A stretch of 61,306 bases of DNA, counting the filler. It is 10 parts of 10 records of this genome, joined end to end, with 100 filler letters (N's around TTAATTAATTAA, not from the genome) between each part and the next. Parts side by side here need not be neighbours in the genome. Positions count along the whole stretch, not along the records: positions 11,267 to 18,965 come from SRR7504441_2249; positions 19,066 to 28,442 come from SRR7504441_2251; 8 more parts are not named here. The stretch is one strand, 5' to 3'. Numbering within the stretch: position 1 is the first letter of the stretch; the number at the start of each line of letters is the position of its first letter. This document shows positions 11,734 through 23,302 of this stretch, in pieces. The translations under genes and the position numbers were made by a program. A model generated the notes under the pieces. It was not told the DNA's origin. It was given only the letters and a program-made list of their open reading frames with translations, and ran no database searches.

Positions 11734-13818
11734 TCACCTTAAACCGGCCTCGTATTGCATCTCTTCCACTTGCCGCTCTCGGGCCCTTAATTTTTCACGC
11801 AGCGAATTGACCTTCCGGGTTTGTTCATTTTTCGTCCTCTCAAGCACCCCGTTGCCCTTTTCAAGCTACCAATCCACAACACAGTCAGGAAGCCCATCCG
11901 CAAGTCAAAAGCAAACGCTCTACAGCCAGGACCACGAGGTGTCTACCTCGCGGAGTTCGTTGGTCAGGCGGTCAAGCACGTGCCTTGCGTCTGCTTTCTT
12001 CTTGGACGCACCTGCACCCAGCTGATCAAAGCCTGCCCTCGCCTTCTTCTCACCACTCTTCTCGACATCCATCCTCCTCGCATCTTCCCTCCAGCTGCCC
12101 CCAGCTCATAGAGCACCGCTCAAGCTAGCCACCGCTGCGCCTCAGCCTCGGCTTCGTCCAGCTGGCGCTGCTTGATCGCCAACTCAGACCTGCCAGCCCA
12201 GTCCCCCAGCCCGGCTGCAGGCCGGCACTGCATCTTGGCCAACTGTTCCCGGTCCCGCACGATCTGATTCCCTTGCGTGGCCTGCACCTGCACCTTGGCT
12301 CAGCCCCCTGGCCCACCCAGTCAGCTCACATCCCGATCCTTCTTCAAAATCTCGCGCTCTCCCGCCTCGTTCTGGCGCATCAGCATGTTCATCTGGTTCT
12401 TTTTGTGGTCCGCCTCGCTCTTCTTCTCCTTCTGTTAGCCCCACCAGATTCACCCCGGCCTTGCCAGTCGGCACCAGTTCCATCAAGATGCGCTCATGCT
12501 CCCTCGACATTTTCTCAAAATTCATTGTCTCCCCCGCAAGCGCCGCTTCCATCTCCCTCTTCTGGGCTGCGTAGCTGGCAGCCACCTGCGCTCCCAGCTC
12601 GTCCCACCTGGGGCCGGAGGCTGCTGCCTGCAAGTTAGTGGTGGCTGCCTCCAGCTTCCTGGTTGTGTCCTCGAGCTGCTGCCTCTGCTCACGCAACACT
12701 CGCTCGCTGTCCTGGGCACCCAGCCGTCCCACCGGCGCTCGCCCAGGGTAGCACCTCACGGGCCGCCTTCTGCCGTTCGAGTTCTGGCCGAAGGTCTTGG
12801 ATCCGCTGCTCTGAATCTTTCTTGGCCCTCTGCGCCGTGACCAGCTGCGTGTGGCTCAGGCTGTGTGGCCCACACCAGCGGTCACCTGCACCCGAAGGTC
12901 GTCCACTGCCGCCTGCACATCTGCCACCAGCCCCGTCTCAGCTACCACCAACCCAGCGAGCCCGCCCACCTGCAACTGACCCAAGCCTTCTCTCAGACTC
13001 CACGCGTGCACGCCTCTCCGAATCGAGTCGCTTGGCCAGCCCTGCAGCCCGTGGCTCGCTAGCTGCGGCGCCTGTGGGTACCTTGGATCCTGGCCCGCTC
13101 TGTCTGCGAGGCGTTGATCGTTAGCGAGCCCACAAACGATGACATTGCCGCTGGCTGTACAGCAAGCACTGCTGGCGACGGCTGCGGTGCAGCGGCGACG
13201 GGCCGAAGCAACTCCCGGATCTGGGGCACACGTGTCATGTGCATCGGGAGCTCGCCCTGGTCATTCTTCACACCCACCGCCGCACCTGGCCCGTGGCTCC
13301 GTCGCCAGGTATGGTCGCAGCGCTTACCGGCGTTGAGCAACAAACGGCAGAGCCGCTCGTTGTTGAAGTGTGCAGCCCAATGGATCGGCGTATCGCCATG
13401 GTGGTCCGCTGCCCCAATCTGAGCCCCGTGGCTCAGCAACAGCTGCGCCGCAGCCTCCTGCCGCCCGGGGCTGAGCGCCCCCTTGTCTGGGTACCCATAC
13501 CTGGCCCGCGGAGATGGCCCAGTGCAGCCCAGTCCACCCCGCGTAGTCTGTGGCGTCCGGTCGAGCCCCGCCGGCCAACGCCTGGCTCAGCCTGGCGGTG
13601 TCGCCCTGGCTTGCTGCGGTGAAGAGCACTTGGTTGGGGTCCTGTACTGTCGAGAGAGCCCGAGCGCGGTTCGGGTCGGCAGTCAGGTCCAAGGGGGCCC
13701 CGAGTGAGCCGCCCAGCGAGCCGCCCAGCGAGCCGCCCAGCGAAGAGGAGAGCGACGCACGCGTGTTTTGCCACGCGGGCGACGTGGTGGCCTGTGGCCG
13801 AAAACCCAGCCGCGTCAT
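11734..13818 (-). CDS. Ankyrin-repeat plus coiled-coil protein
   Basis: Ankyrin motifs GWTGLHWA, GDTPIHWAA and GELPMHM, then long E/Q/R-rich coiled-coil exons. An N-terminal (GGSL)x3 repeat is encoded by a 12-bp tandem near 13705-13742. Confidence 0.65.
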
Positions 13819-14076
13819 AGCAGCCCAGCCCTTGTGCCTACGCTGCGTATGAATTCGGAATAACGACGGACACTTCAGACTTGACACGGCAGGCCGGCAT
13901 GCATCACGACGCAAACAGTGTTGGACGTGGACGTCATCAATTAGTTTCAAGACTACATCGATCTAACCGTATTATTGCGTAGTATTCGCGTCCTATTTAT
14001 GGTTACTCCAAGACATCCAGTATGGGCTGGACGACGCTCACTAAGAGCCGTCGCGAGCTCTATTCACCTACAGTGC

Positions 14077-14875
14077 CTACCGATTCAGCTGCGCGACCAT
14101 CTTGGCGATCGAGTCCGGGTCGTTCGCATTCATCGTCTGTATCTTGGCGCCAAACCTGCCCCCCGTCAGCCGCAGCCCAGCCGAGCGCTGCCACTTAGAA
14201 GTGTCGATCTGTGGTTCTCCCTCGACCACACAGTTCCAGTGCGCCCGGCCCTCCGTCTCGTGCAGCTTTGGCAGCGCGTAGACCAGCCACTTCTGGCCGT
14301 CGTCATCGGTCTCTGCCACCCCCCCTGTCAGCACGCGCGTGCAGCAGCCCGGCCGGACCGAACGTCCACACCGCGTCCTCCACCAGAACCTTGGCGTACA
14401 GCGTGCCCTGTCGACAGCAGGGGCCCGTCAGCCGACACAGGCGGGCGCGGGTTCGATAGACACCTCGAGCAGCTTCTCGCCCCGTACGGCCAGTTTTATA
14501 AAGTTCGACCGAACCGCCCAGTCCACCTCCTTGGTCTTCACATCTGCCGGCAGCTCGCCCGGGCCGCCCGGCCGCCCGGGCCACCGGAGGCCACCGGGAA
14601 CCGAATCTCCAAGTCCCGGTTGGTCTGGCTCCACGTGTACTTGTCGGTGCTCCCGCCTGCCGCCCGGTGGGCTGCTGGGCCGGGCCGGGCGTGCCGTAAT
14701 AGTCGCACTCCTCTGCGGTGGGCGGAGTGGTCATGTTCTTGTAGGCGTCCATGTCCAGGCTGCTGTCATGTTTTTCTATGGCCGCCTGGGAGCCCAGCCA
14801 GCCGGACTGATACACCCAGAGCAGGGCTGCTGCCGCGATGCAGACCAGCGCCGTGACGATTGCGAAGTCGACCAT
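14077..14875 (-). CDS. NudC/CS (p23-like) domain protein with N-terminal TM anchor
   Basis: Spliced: YTWSQT...VKTKEVDWAVRSNFIKLAVRGEKLLE-GTLYAKVLVEDAVWTF...HWNCVVEGEPQIDTSK. N-terminus FAIVTALVCIAAAALLWVY is hydrophobic. Confidence 0.75.
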
Positions 14876-14967
14876 GATGTCCGTTACTCGCCCGAAGCTC
14901 GTTTCGGCAAAGGTGACACGCCGGGTGCTCGGGGTCGGCCTTGACAGTGCGACGGGGCAGCGACGAA

Positions 14968-15446
14968 ATGGAGGCGATTCCCGGCTACGCAACCACCAAG
15001 AGGATCATCAAGGCCGGCTCGGGCGACAAGACCGTCACCGCCGGTCTGGCGGCGCCCGGCTGAGGGCGAGCGTGCGGGGCAGGCTGCACGGCAACGGTGC
15101 ACGCCACCGGGATCGTGAAGGAGACGAACAAGAAGTTCTGGAGCACCAAGGACCCGGGGCAGCAACCGTTCACCTACCAGGCCGGCGTGGGCAAGGTCAT
15201 CACTGGCTGGGACCAGGGATGCCTCGGGATGCAGGCGCCACCCCTCCGACCGGACAGGCGGCGAATCCGACGGGGCCAGGTCGGCGAGGAGCGCGAGCTG
15301 ATCATCCCGGCGCACGAGGGCTATGGCGCCGGCGGCTTTCCAGCCTGGTGCGCTTGCCGGGCCGCCCAGGGCACTCACAGGGGGGCAGGGGTATCCCGCC
15401 CGGCGGCACCCTCAACTTCACCTTGGAGTGCCTGAGCATCGAGTAG
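14968..15446 (+). CDS. FKBP12: FKBP-type peptidyl-prolyl isomerase (FKBP12-like), 3 introns
   Basis: TVHATG...KFWSTKDPGQQPFTYQAGVGKVITGWDQGCLGMQ/VGEERELIIPAHEGYGAGGFPAW/GIPPGGTLNFTLECL. Intron 15235-15279 is GC-AG. Confidence 0.9.
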
Positions 15447-15868
15447 AGGCATCCGGACCAGCTAGCGCCACCGGGCTGACCGGACCGTGACCGCCCCTCC
15501 CGTGTGCAGCGAGTGAGGCCCACCGAGTGTTCGGTTCATGGGTCGGTTGTATTTAGTCGCGATGCCTACATTAAATTAAGGCCGACTCGTGATTTACAAG
15601 CAGGCGCCCGACGGCGACCACCGTGCTCATACGTATTGCTCGCCGGCCTCCTTTTGAGCATTCTGCACGTCGCTTAGAGGTGCTAGAGCTCTATCCAATC
15701 TTTTGTGTAATCTTGAGTGTGCGCATAAATTACTATAGAAGTAAATCTATCATGATCCGGAATACCTTGGGTGAAGCACTCGCGTTCAGTTACACAGCTG
15801 CGCGGACCTCGCCGTTAGTCTTCGTCCGGCCCCATGCGGCCGTTCGGGCCCGCAACGACTCTTGATGC

Positions 15869-16481
15869 CTAGTGGTCCTCCTCCTCACACAGCTTTTCAT
15901 AGCTCTCCTGGTCGAGCAGCCCTGCACGCCCCGGTCAGGCCGGCCCCCACCGAGCCGGCACCGTCCAGCTGCTCCGGTTCCGATGGCTTGATCTTCACCC
16001 ACCTGTTGCTCGCTCAGCCGCTGCAACCCAGTCCGATCGGCGCACCAGCCGTCGCCCTCGGGATCGCTATTGATCAGGGTGGGCTCGTCCGCCAGCGCCT
16101 CGTTGATCTGCCCGCCGGTGACCCCCCGCCCCGGCCTGGCCCACCTCGAGCACCTCGCCCGCGATCGGGGCGTACACGTCGCTGGCGGCCTTAACACTCT
16201 CCACAACCCCGAGCTGATCCTTCTGATCAAACCTGCCCGGAGTAACGGACGCCAGCCCCCCGGGCCCCGCACGTATCGCCCACTTCGGGCAGCTCGACAT
16301 ACACCACGTCGCCGAGCGCGGCCTGGGCGAAATCCGAGATGCCGATGGTGACCAGCCCGTCATCCGCCACCTTGCAATACTCGTGGTCCTTGGAGTACTT
16401 GGTGGCCAGCCCCCGAGCCCACGCCCCGGCCGGGCGGCAAGTCCGCGCCACGCTGGCAGCCCGAGTCACAACTCGTAGCAT
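15869..16481 (-). CDS. GCSH: Glycine cleavage system H protein (mitochondrial), 4 introns
   Basis: Presequence-like N-terminus; [27 protein letters not shown], lipoyl-Lys motif [13 protein letters not shown], and [10 protein letters not shown]. Confidence 0.95.
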
Positions 16482-16526
16482 CTCGCCGAGAAGTCGGAGA
16501 GGATTGGTGCGTCGATCCGTTACAGC

Positions 16527-18676
16527 ATGGCGGAGCAGCCAGGTGAGGCAGTGGAGGTGGCGCCCACACTGTGCGGGCCTACCAACCTGCGGCCGACGTG
16601 GGGCTGGTCCACCAGCCACGTGATCCCGCCACCCGCCGAGCTGGTGCCGGTCTCCCCCCAGCGATGGGCCGACGCGCACGACCGGCTGCTCTCCACCGCC
16701 CAGTCGTACGAATGCGGCGCAGTCCAGGTGCCTCGCCCTCCGGCCGCCCGAGACAGCCCGCAGGCGGTGGTGGACGCTGAGATCGCCCGGGACGATGGCG
16801 AGACCCTCCGCCGGCTGCAGGTGTGTGCTGGCGGGGCGGGGCGCTGAGCGGCGGTCCAGCTTAAGCTGTCGAATGACGAGCTCGGGAACCGGATCCAAGT
16901 GACCGAGGAGCTCAAGCAGGTGCCGGCCGAGCGAGGCCCGGCTGAGCGGGCGCAGCTGCTCGAGGCGGCGATCAGGCGGGTGCGGGCCGAGGCGGAGCGG
17001 GTGCTGGAGGAGCAGCGGGTGATGGAGGCTTGCGTGACTGATCACTCGGTGCCCGGGCCGTCGGCGGCCGGCCGAGCCAGGGGTGGCAGAGCAACTGGAC
17101 AGCGATCGGCCGGGTCCAGGAGCTGCGCAAGCAGCGGCCCAAGAGGGAGCGCGTGCATGACTCAATAGACCACCAGATCAAGGCAGCCGCCCCGGGCGGC
17201 CGGCGCGCGAGCGGGGGCGGCAGCTGTACATCCGGGACCTGGAGGCCACGCTCTACCCGACCAGGATTGCCAAGCTGAAGAGCAGCCACAAGCAGCTCAC
17301 AGCACTGCTCAGCCAGATGGATCAGGACGTGCGCTGGAAGGGCGCTGCAATCCAGGTCGACTCCACGGTACTCCAGTCGGCCCAGCCCAAGAAGGCGGTC
17401 GAGCGGCTGTCCAAGCCACGGTGCCCCGAGCCGGCTGCCCGGCTGAGCCCAGCTTGGCAGATCCGGCCCGTCTCGCGTGCCCAAAGGGACTTTCGACACA
17501 GTGCGGGTCGCTCCTACTAAGGTCCGGACCACAATCAAAACCCCGCAGGCCAATCTAGAGAATGCGATGAAGACGCTGCACAGCTGCCAGAAGGGCATCC
17601 AGGCCGCCACTCAGCTGCGCCAGAGCTGCTTGGAGTACCGGATGGCCAGGATCGATGTCGCAGCGCTGGGCAAGCAGCGGCTGATTGATGAGATAGCGGT
17701 GGTCAAAGATGCGCTGGCCAAGCGCGTGCAGGAGCTCGAGCTGCAGGAACTGGAGGTGCAAGCAGACCTGGAGGCCGACCAGGCCGAGATCGCAGAGCTG
17801 CAAGGCAGCATCCCGCAGCTGCTGGCGCCGCTCCAACTTGCTGAGACACGACTGACCAAGCGGGCGCAGAGGCCCGTGCCTGAACGGGTCAGAGACACAG
17901 CTGAGAAGGCGCTCGAGAATGAGGTGCAGGACCTTGGACTTTCGGTTGCCAAACTCAGGAACAGGAAGAAGAAGCTGGAAGCAAACTGCTTCAGGCTGCA
18001 AAGCCTCAAGAAGGAGATTCACCAGGATGCGGAGTTCAAGAGGCAACACATCCAAGTGCAAGAGCAGTGCTGGGACTTTCTCACCACCGTCCAGCAGGCA
18101 GCAGTGCTGCCTACGTCGGAGCAAGCCGTCGCAGACCTGCGGAGGCAGCTTAAGAATAAGTTCCGCACGCATGGCCAGCTGTTCTACGCCTCAGACCAGA
18201 ACCTGGATGGCAAGCTGACCGTGGACGAGTTCGGGAGAGGTGTGGCCATGCTCGGACTCAAGCTCACTGCGCATGAGATCCGCGTGCTGTTTGAGTCTTT
18301 CGACTACAACGGGGACGGCAATCTCCAGTATTCGGAGCTGCAGCAGATGCTCACCGGCACGCAAGACACGGTCGCCAAGCCGCGTAGGGTCCGGGAGGCA
18401 AGAAGGGCGACCCCGGATGAGGATCTCCCGACGGAGCGGACTGTTGCGGACTTGCAAAAGCAGCTTAAGGCCAAGTTCCGGACCCAGGGCACGCTGTTTT
18501 ACGCTGCAGACGCCAATCGGGACAACAAGCTGACCATAGAAGAATTCGGCCGAGGTGCGTTGATGATGGGAATCAGGCTTTCGACAGTCGAGTTGCGTGA
18601 ACTGTTCAACTCATTTGATGTCAACATGGACGGTTCGCTACAGTGGTCGGAGCTCAAGAAAATGCTATCATCTTGA
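16527..18676 (+). CDS. Tektin-like coiled-coil protein with four C-terminal EF-hands
   Basis: Two tektin-type motifs ([12 protein letters not shown] about 17125; [12 protein letters not shown] about 17861). EF loops [36 protein letters not shown] and [12 protein letters not shown]. Confidence 0.7.
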
Positions 18677-19387
18677 GGTGTCCATCTACTGATCATGAGG
18701 TACCACTCGGCCGAGTATCGGCCGAGTATGTAGTAGGATGGTAACTTTTTTCGCGTGCAACCTAGCGTGCACTAGCGTGCTACCTGTGTGAAACCCTCAG
18801 TACTCATATAAATTCTGATAAATTCTGACAAGTACGTACGCCGGAAGTTCGAACGAAATCCGTTCTACGGATCTGGAGCCTCCACCGGCGGGCTAGACCC
18901 GGGCCAGGCGCTGATCCAGCGGCATGCCGTCCATTGCCGCCACCCGGTGCTGCAGCCCAGAGAACNNNNNNNNNNNNNNNNNNNNNNNNNNNNNNNNNNN
19001 NNNNNNNNNTTAATTAATTAANNNNNNNNNNNNNNNNNNNNNNNNNNNNNNNNNNNNNNNNNNNNCCTAAGGCCGGCCAGGAATTCACCGCCACAAGATC
19101 TACACCATAAGAGGTGGCCAGCCTAACGCCTACGACGCCTACCGGTAGTGGACCGAAGACGCGAAGACAGCTGCCTGACTCTTGATTTTATCAGTCGAGT
19201 CGTCAGTCAAAAGCTCGTGAGTCTTCGGTTTTTGAGTGGGAGAGTCCCGCGCAACGACCCTGTTCAAATACCTCAGGCATGCCCAGCCCGAGCCCGTGGC
19301 CCGGCCTAGACCCGCCGCCAGCCGCTGTTGCCCGATCTTGCCCGGCCCGCGCGGCGTCCTGGTTTGCTGACCCTTTGGCCTTGCAGC

Positions 19388-21794
19388 ATGAACGTCCTCA
19401 AGCGCAACGGGGAGCGCGAGCCGGTCTCGTTCGACAAGATCACCCGCCGGATCACTCACCTGGCCCACAAGATCGAGCCGCCGCTCAACGAGCAGCACGT
19501 CGACCCGGTGATGATCTCCCAGAAGGTCCGTCCCCCCGCGTCCTCCGGGCGCTCCGGTCCTAGGCCCGAGCCGGTATGCGCAGGTGGTGCAAGGCGTGTA
19601 CGATGGAGTGACCACCGCCGAGCTGGACAACCTCGCGGCCGAGACCGCGGCGGCGCTCACCACCAAGCACCCGGACTACGGCTTCCTGGCGGCCCGGATT
19701 GCCATCTCCAACTTGCAAAAGGAGACTCCGGAGAGCTTTAGCGAGTGCATCGAGACCCTGTACACGTACATCGACGATCGGACCGGCCGGAAGGCCCCGC
19801 TGATCTCGGACGGTTTCTACCAAGTGGTGCAAGACAACAAGGAGCTCCTGGACGCGTCGATCGACGAGTCCAAGGACTTTAGCTACGACTACTTTGGGTT
19901 TAAGACGCTCGAGCGCTCCTACCTCCTCAAGGTGAATGGGAACATCGTCGAGCGGCCGCAGTACATGCTGATGCGCGTGGCGGTCGCGATCCACGCCAAC
20001 AACATCGAGCGGGCTGTGGCTACCTACAAGATGCTCTCCGAGGGCGTGTTCACTCATGCCACTCCAACCCTGTTCAATGCGGGAACGCCGCAGCAGCAGC
20101 TCTCTTCGTGCTTCCTGATCGCGATGAAAGACGACAGCATCGAGGGGATCTACGACACCCTGCGCACCTGCGCGCTCATCTCCAAGTGCGCCGGCGGGAT
20201 CGGGTTCCACTGCCACAACGTCCGGGCAAACGGGTCTTACATCCGTGGGACGAACGGCACCTCCAACGGGCTGGTCCCCATGCTGCGTGTGTTCAACAAC
20301 ACCGCGCGGTACGTCGACCAGGGCGGCGGCAAGCGGAAGGGCAGCTTTGCGTGCTACCTGGAGCCGTGGCATGCGGACATTTTTGATTGGCTCGATCTGA
20401 AGAAGAACCACGGCGCCGAGGAGATGCGCGCGCGCGACCTGTTCTACGCGCTCTGGATCCCAGACTTGTTCATGAAGCGAGTGGAGACCAACAGCCAGTG
20501 GACGCTCATGTGTCCGGCCGAGTGCCCCGGGCTGGCTGACTGCCACGGCGAAGAGTTTGAGGCGCTGTACACCAAGTACGAGGAGGCGGGCAAGGGCCGG
20601 AAATCGTTCCCGGCGCAGGAGCTGTGGTTCGCCATCCTGCAGGCGCAGATGGAGACCGGCACCCCGTACATGTTGTACAAGGACGCGATCAACAGCAAGT
20701 CCAACCAGAAGAACCTGGGCACAATCAAATCGTCCAACCTGTGCACGGAGATCATGGAGTACACGGACGAGAACGAGGTGGCCGTGTGCAACCTGGCCTC
20801 GATCGCGCTGCCCAAGTTCGTCACCGCTGACCGGCAGATCGACCACCAGTACCTGTTTGAGGTTTCGAAGGCAGTCACGCGCAACCTGAACAGGGTGATA
20901 GACATCAACTATTATCCAGTCGAAGAGGCTCGCCGGTCGAATATGCGGCACAGGCCGATCGGGATCGGCGTGCAGGGGCTGGCCGACGTGTTCATCAAGA
21001 TGGGTATCCCGTTCGAGTCGCAGGAGGCCCAGGTGGCCAACAGGGAGATCTTTGAGACAATCTACTTTGGCGCACTCACAATGTCTAACGAGATCGCCAA
21101 GGAGGACGGGCCGTACGAGAGCTTCAAAGGCTCCCCGGCCAGTGAGGGCATTCTGCAGTTCGACATGTGGAACGTGACCCCGACTGACAGATGGGACTGG
21201 GCTTCGCTCAAGGAGTCGGTCAAGGAGCACGGCACACGCAACTCCCTGCTGCTCGCGCCGATGCCGACTGCGTCCACTGCGCAGATCCTGGGCAACAACG
21301 AGTGCTTCGAGCCGTACACGTCCAACATCTTCACCCGGCGCGTGCTGAGCGGGGAGTTCCCCGTGGTGAATGGACACCTGCTGCGCGACCTGGTTGACAG
21401 GGGGATCTGGAACAACACTGTTAAGAACAAGATCATCCAGAACGGCGGGTCGGTCCAGGGAATTGACGAGATCCCGGCCGAGCTGCAGGCCATCTACAAG
21501 ACGGTCTGGGAGATCTCAATGAAGACGCTGATCAACATGGCAGCCGACCGTGGAGCGTTCATCGACCAGAGCCAGAGCTTCAACGTCTTCATGGGGCAAC
21601 CGAACGCGGCCAAGCTGACCTCGATGCACTTTTATGCCTGGAAGAAGGGACTAAAGACCGGGCAGTACTACCTGCGCGGCCGGGCTGCCGCGACCGCTGT
21701 CAAATTCACCGTGGATCCTGCCACCGCAGTCAAGGACAAGGCGGCTGCTCAGGTCCCTCCGGAGCCGGAAGAGTGCCTCAACTGTGGCTCATAG
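19388..21794 (+). CDS. RRM1: Ribonucleotide reductase large subunit (class Ia), one 5' intron
   Basis: ATP cone ([16 protein letters not shown]), [38 protein letters not shown] and C-terminal CLNCGS. Confidence 0.97.
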
Positions 21795-22046
21795 ACTCGC
21801 CGCCAAATAGCCCCACTAGCTTGAGAGAGGCGACTGAGCAGTGCTTAGTGCGAGATCGGTGGAGCACACGCGACTTGACATGGTTGCCTCAGCTTTTGCA
21901 CTTTATATGTATATTTAGATCCAAATGCTTTAGACTTACAATACACTTACAGTTTGCTATCATCCACCTCTTCTAGTCCTATATAAACATGCCACAAGAG
22001 CTCCACATGGCTTGCAAATGGAGCCTAGATGGAGCCCTCGTGAACG

Positions 22047-22778
22047 TCACGTTGCATAAGGCTTGCTCAAACTTTCGCACAACTCAGCGTACTCGTCGCC
22101 CATCAGACAGTTGACCATCTGCACATCTCGCCTCAACCGAGCCAGCTGGATCGCCGACATTCCGTGCTCGCCCACCCCGCCCGGCTCGGCACCAAACTCG
22201 ACCAACGTCTTGGCAGTCTCGTGGTGCCCGCCCTCGACTGCCCTGCATAGCGCCAACGGCCCCTCTTGATCTGCCCCTTGCTCCAATAGGACTCTAGCCG
22301 CAACCGCAAACCCACGCCGGCTGCACACATGCAATGCGCTCCGGCCCTCCGAATCCTGCGCATCTACATCCGCCTTGGCTGCCACCAGCAGGTGGACAGC
22401 CTCAGCGGGTTCGTCACCACGGAGGACAGCCAGTATGAGGGCGGTCTCCTGCTTAGCGTTGGCCGTATTCACGAGCGCTTTGGCGTCGAGCAAGCTGCGC
22501 ACCACTGCAGCGCTGCTCCCCTCAGCCGCCAGCATCAGCAAGCTCATGTGGCTGCTGTCCTCGAAGTCAGGCCAGCTGCCGCTTCCGTTTGGGTCGATGC
22601 AAGGTGAAACTTTGCGAAGTGGAGTGCGTTGCCACCACGGCGGGCGACGATTGCAAGAGTGCAACCACAGCACTTCAGAAGTTTTGGCACTGGGAGCAAC
22701 AAAACTTCCCGTATCCCGGCTATACTCAGACCGCTGTATGTGTCTCCGCAATGGAGACCCAGGATCCAGAAAACTCAT
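22047..22778 (-). CDS. Ankyrin-repeat protein (5' end unresolved)
   Basis: SLLMLAA, ETALILAV, GRSALHVC, ALCRAVEGGH and GMSAIQLA repeats. Confidence 0.75.
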   Translation of the reverse strand: MSFLDPGSPLRRHIQRSEYSRDTGSFVAPSAKTSEVLWLHSCNRRPPWWQRTPLRKVSPCIDPNGSGSWPDFEDSSHMSLLMLAAEGSSAAVVRSLLDAKALVNTANAKQETALILAVLRGDEPAEAVHLLVAAKADVDAQDSEGRSALHVCSRRGFAVAARVLLEQGADQEGPLALCRAVEGGHHETAKTLVEFGAEPGGVGEHGMSAIQLARLRRDVQMVNCLMGDEYAELCESLSKPYAT

Positions 22779-23302
22779 GGAAGTATTTTGTCTCTCACAT
22801 CGAGAGAATCATAACAGGCAATAAGTTTGCCGATCTGCCCTTCACGCTCAAGTGTGGCTCAAATCCAAAACCTCCGGCCCCCCTTCCGCACCGAGGCGTG
22901 CTCAGATGACTTTTAATACTCCGCCTTAGACCTCACCATGGCCAAGTTCACCAAGTGCTTCACAATCCCTCCGGCGAAGTCTAAGGTTTCTTCAAAATCT
23001 TGATGGATTTCAAGGGCATCTAGCACGTGGCCATGGCCGTGTTGCGACTGATTGTTAAAGTTTCAACATTCGGTTTTGGAATTATTACGAGTACTTGTAC
23101 GTACGTACGAGTACGAGTACGAGTACACCGACTTAAGTACGTACAGTACATGATTAGTACAATGTCATGATTGATTCATGATTATTATCCATGGATCGTA
23201 GACTCCTTTAGAACTTCTGTTAACTCTTTTCAATCACATTCGCTCAAGACATTTACTCGTAACTGTTTTAATTTCAAGCCATGCAAGCGCATCGGATTGC
23301 TA

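Noticed and set aside
19275-19387. Upstream in-frame extensions of RNR (ORF 19328) and an E2F-like tcccgcgc near 19245
   Set aside because: ATP-cone homology begins at ATG 19388. The motif is too short and degenerate to support in GC-rich DNA.
19560-21377. 605-aa antisense ORF over RNR, and many other long overlapping ORFs (e.g. 24504..25916, 16227..17165)
   Set aside because: Shadow frames of GC-rich, codon-biased genes, with no recognisable motifs of their own.
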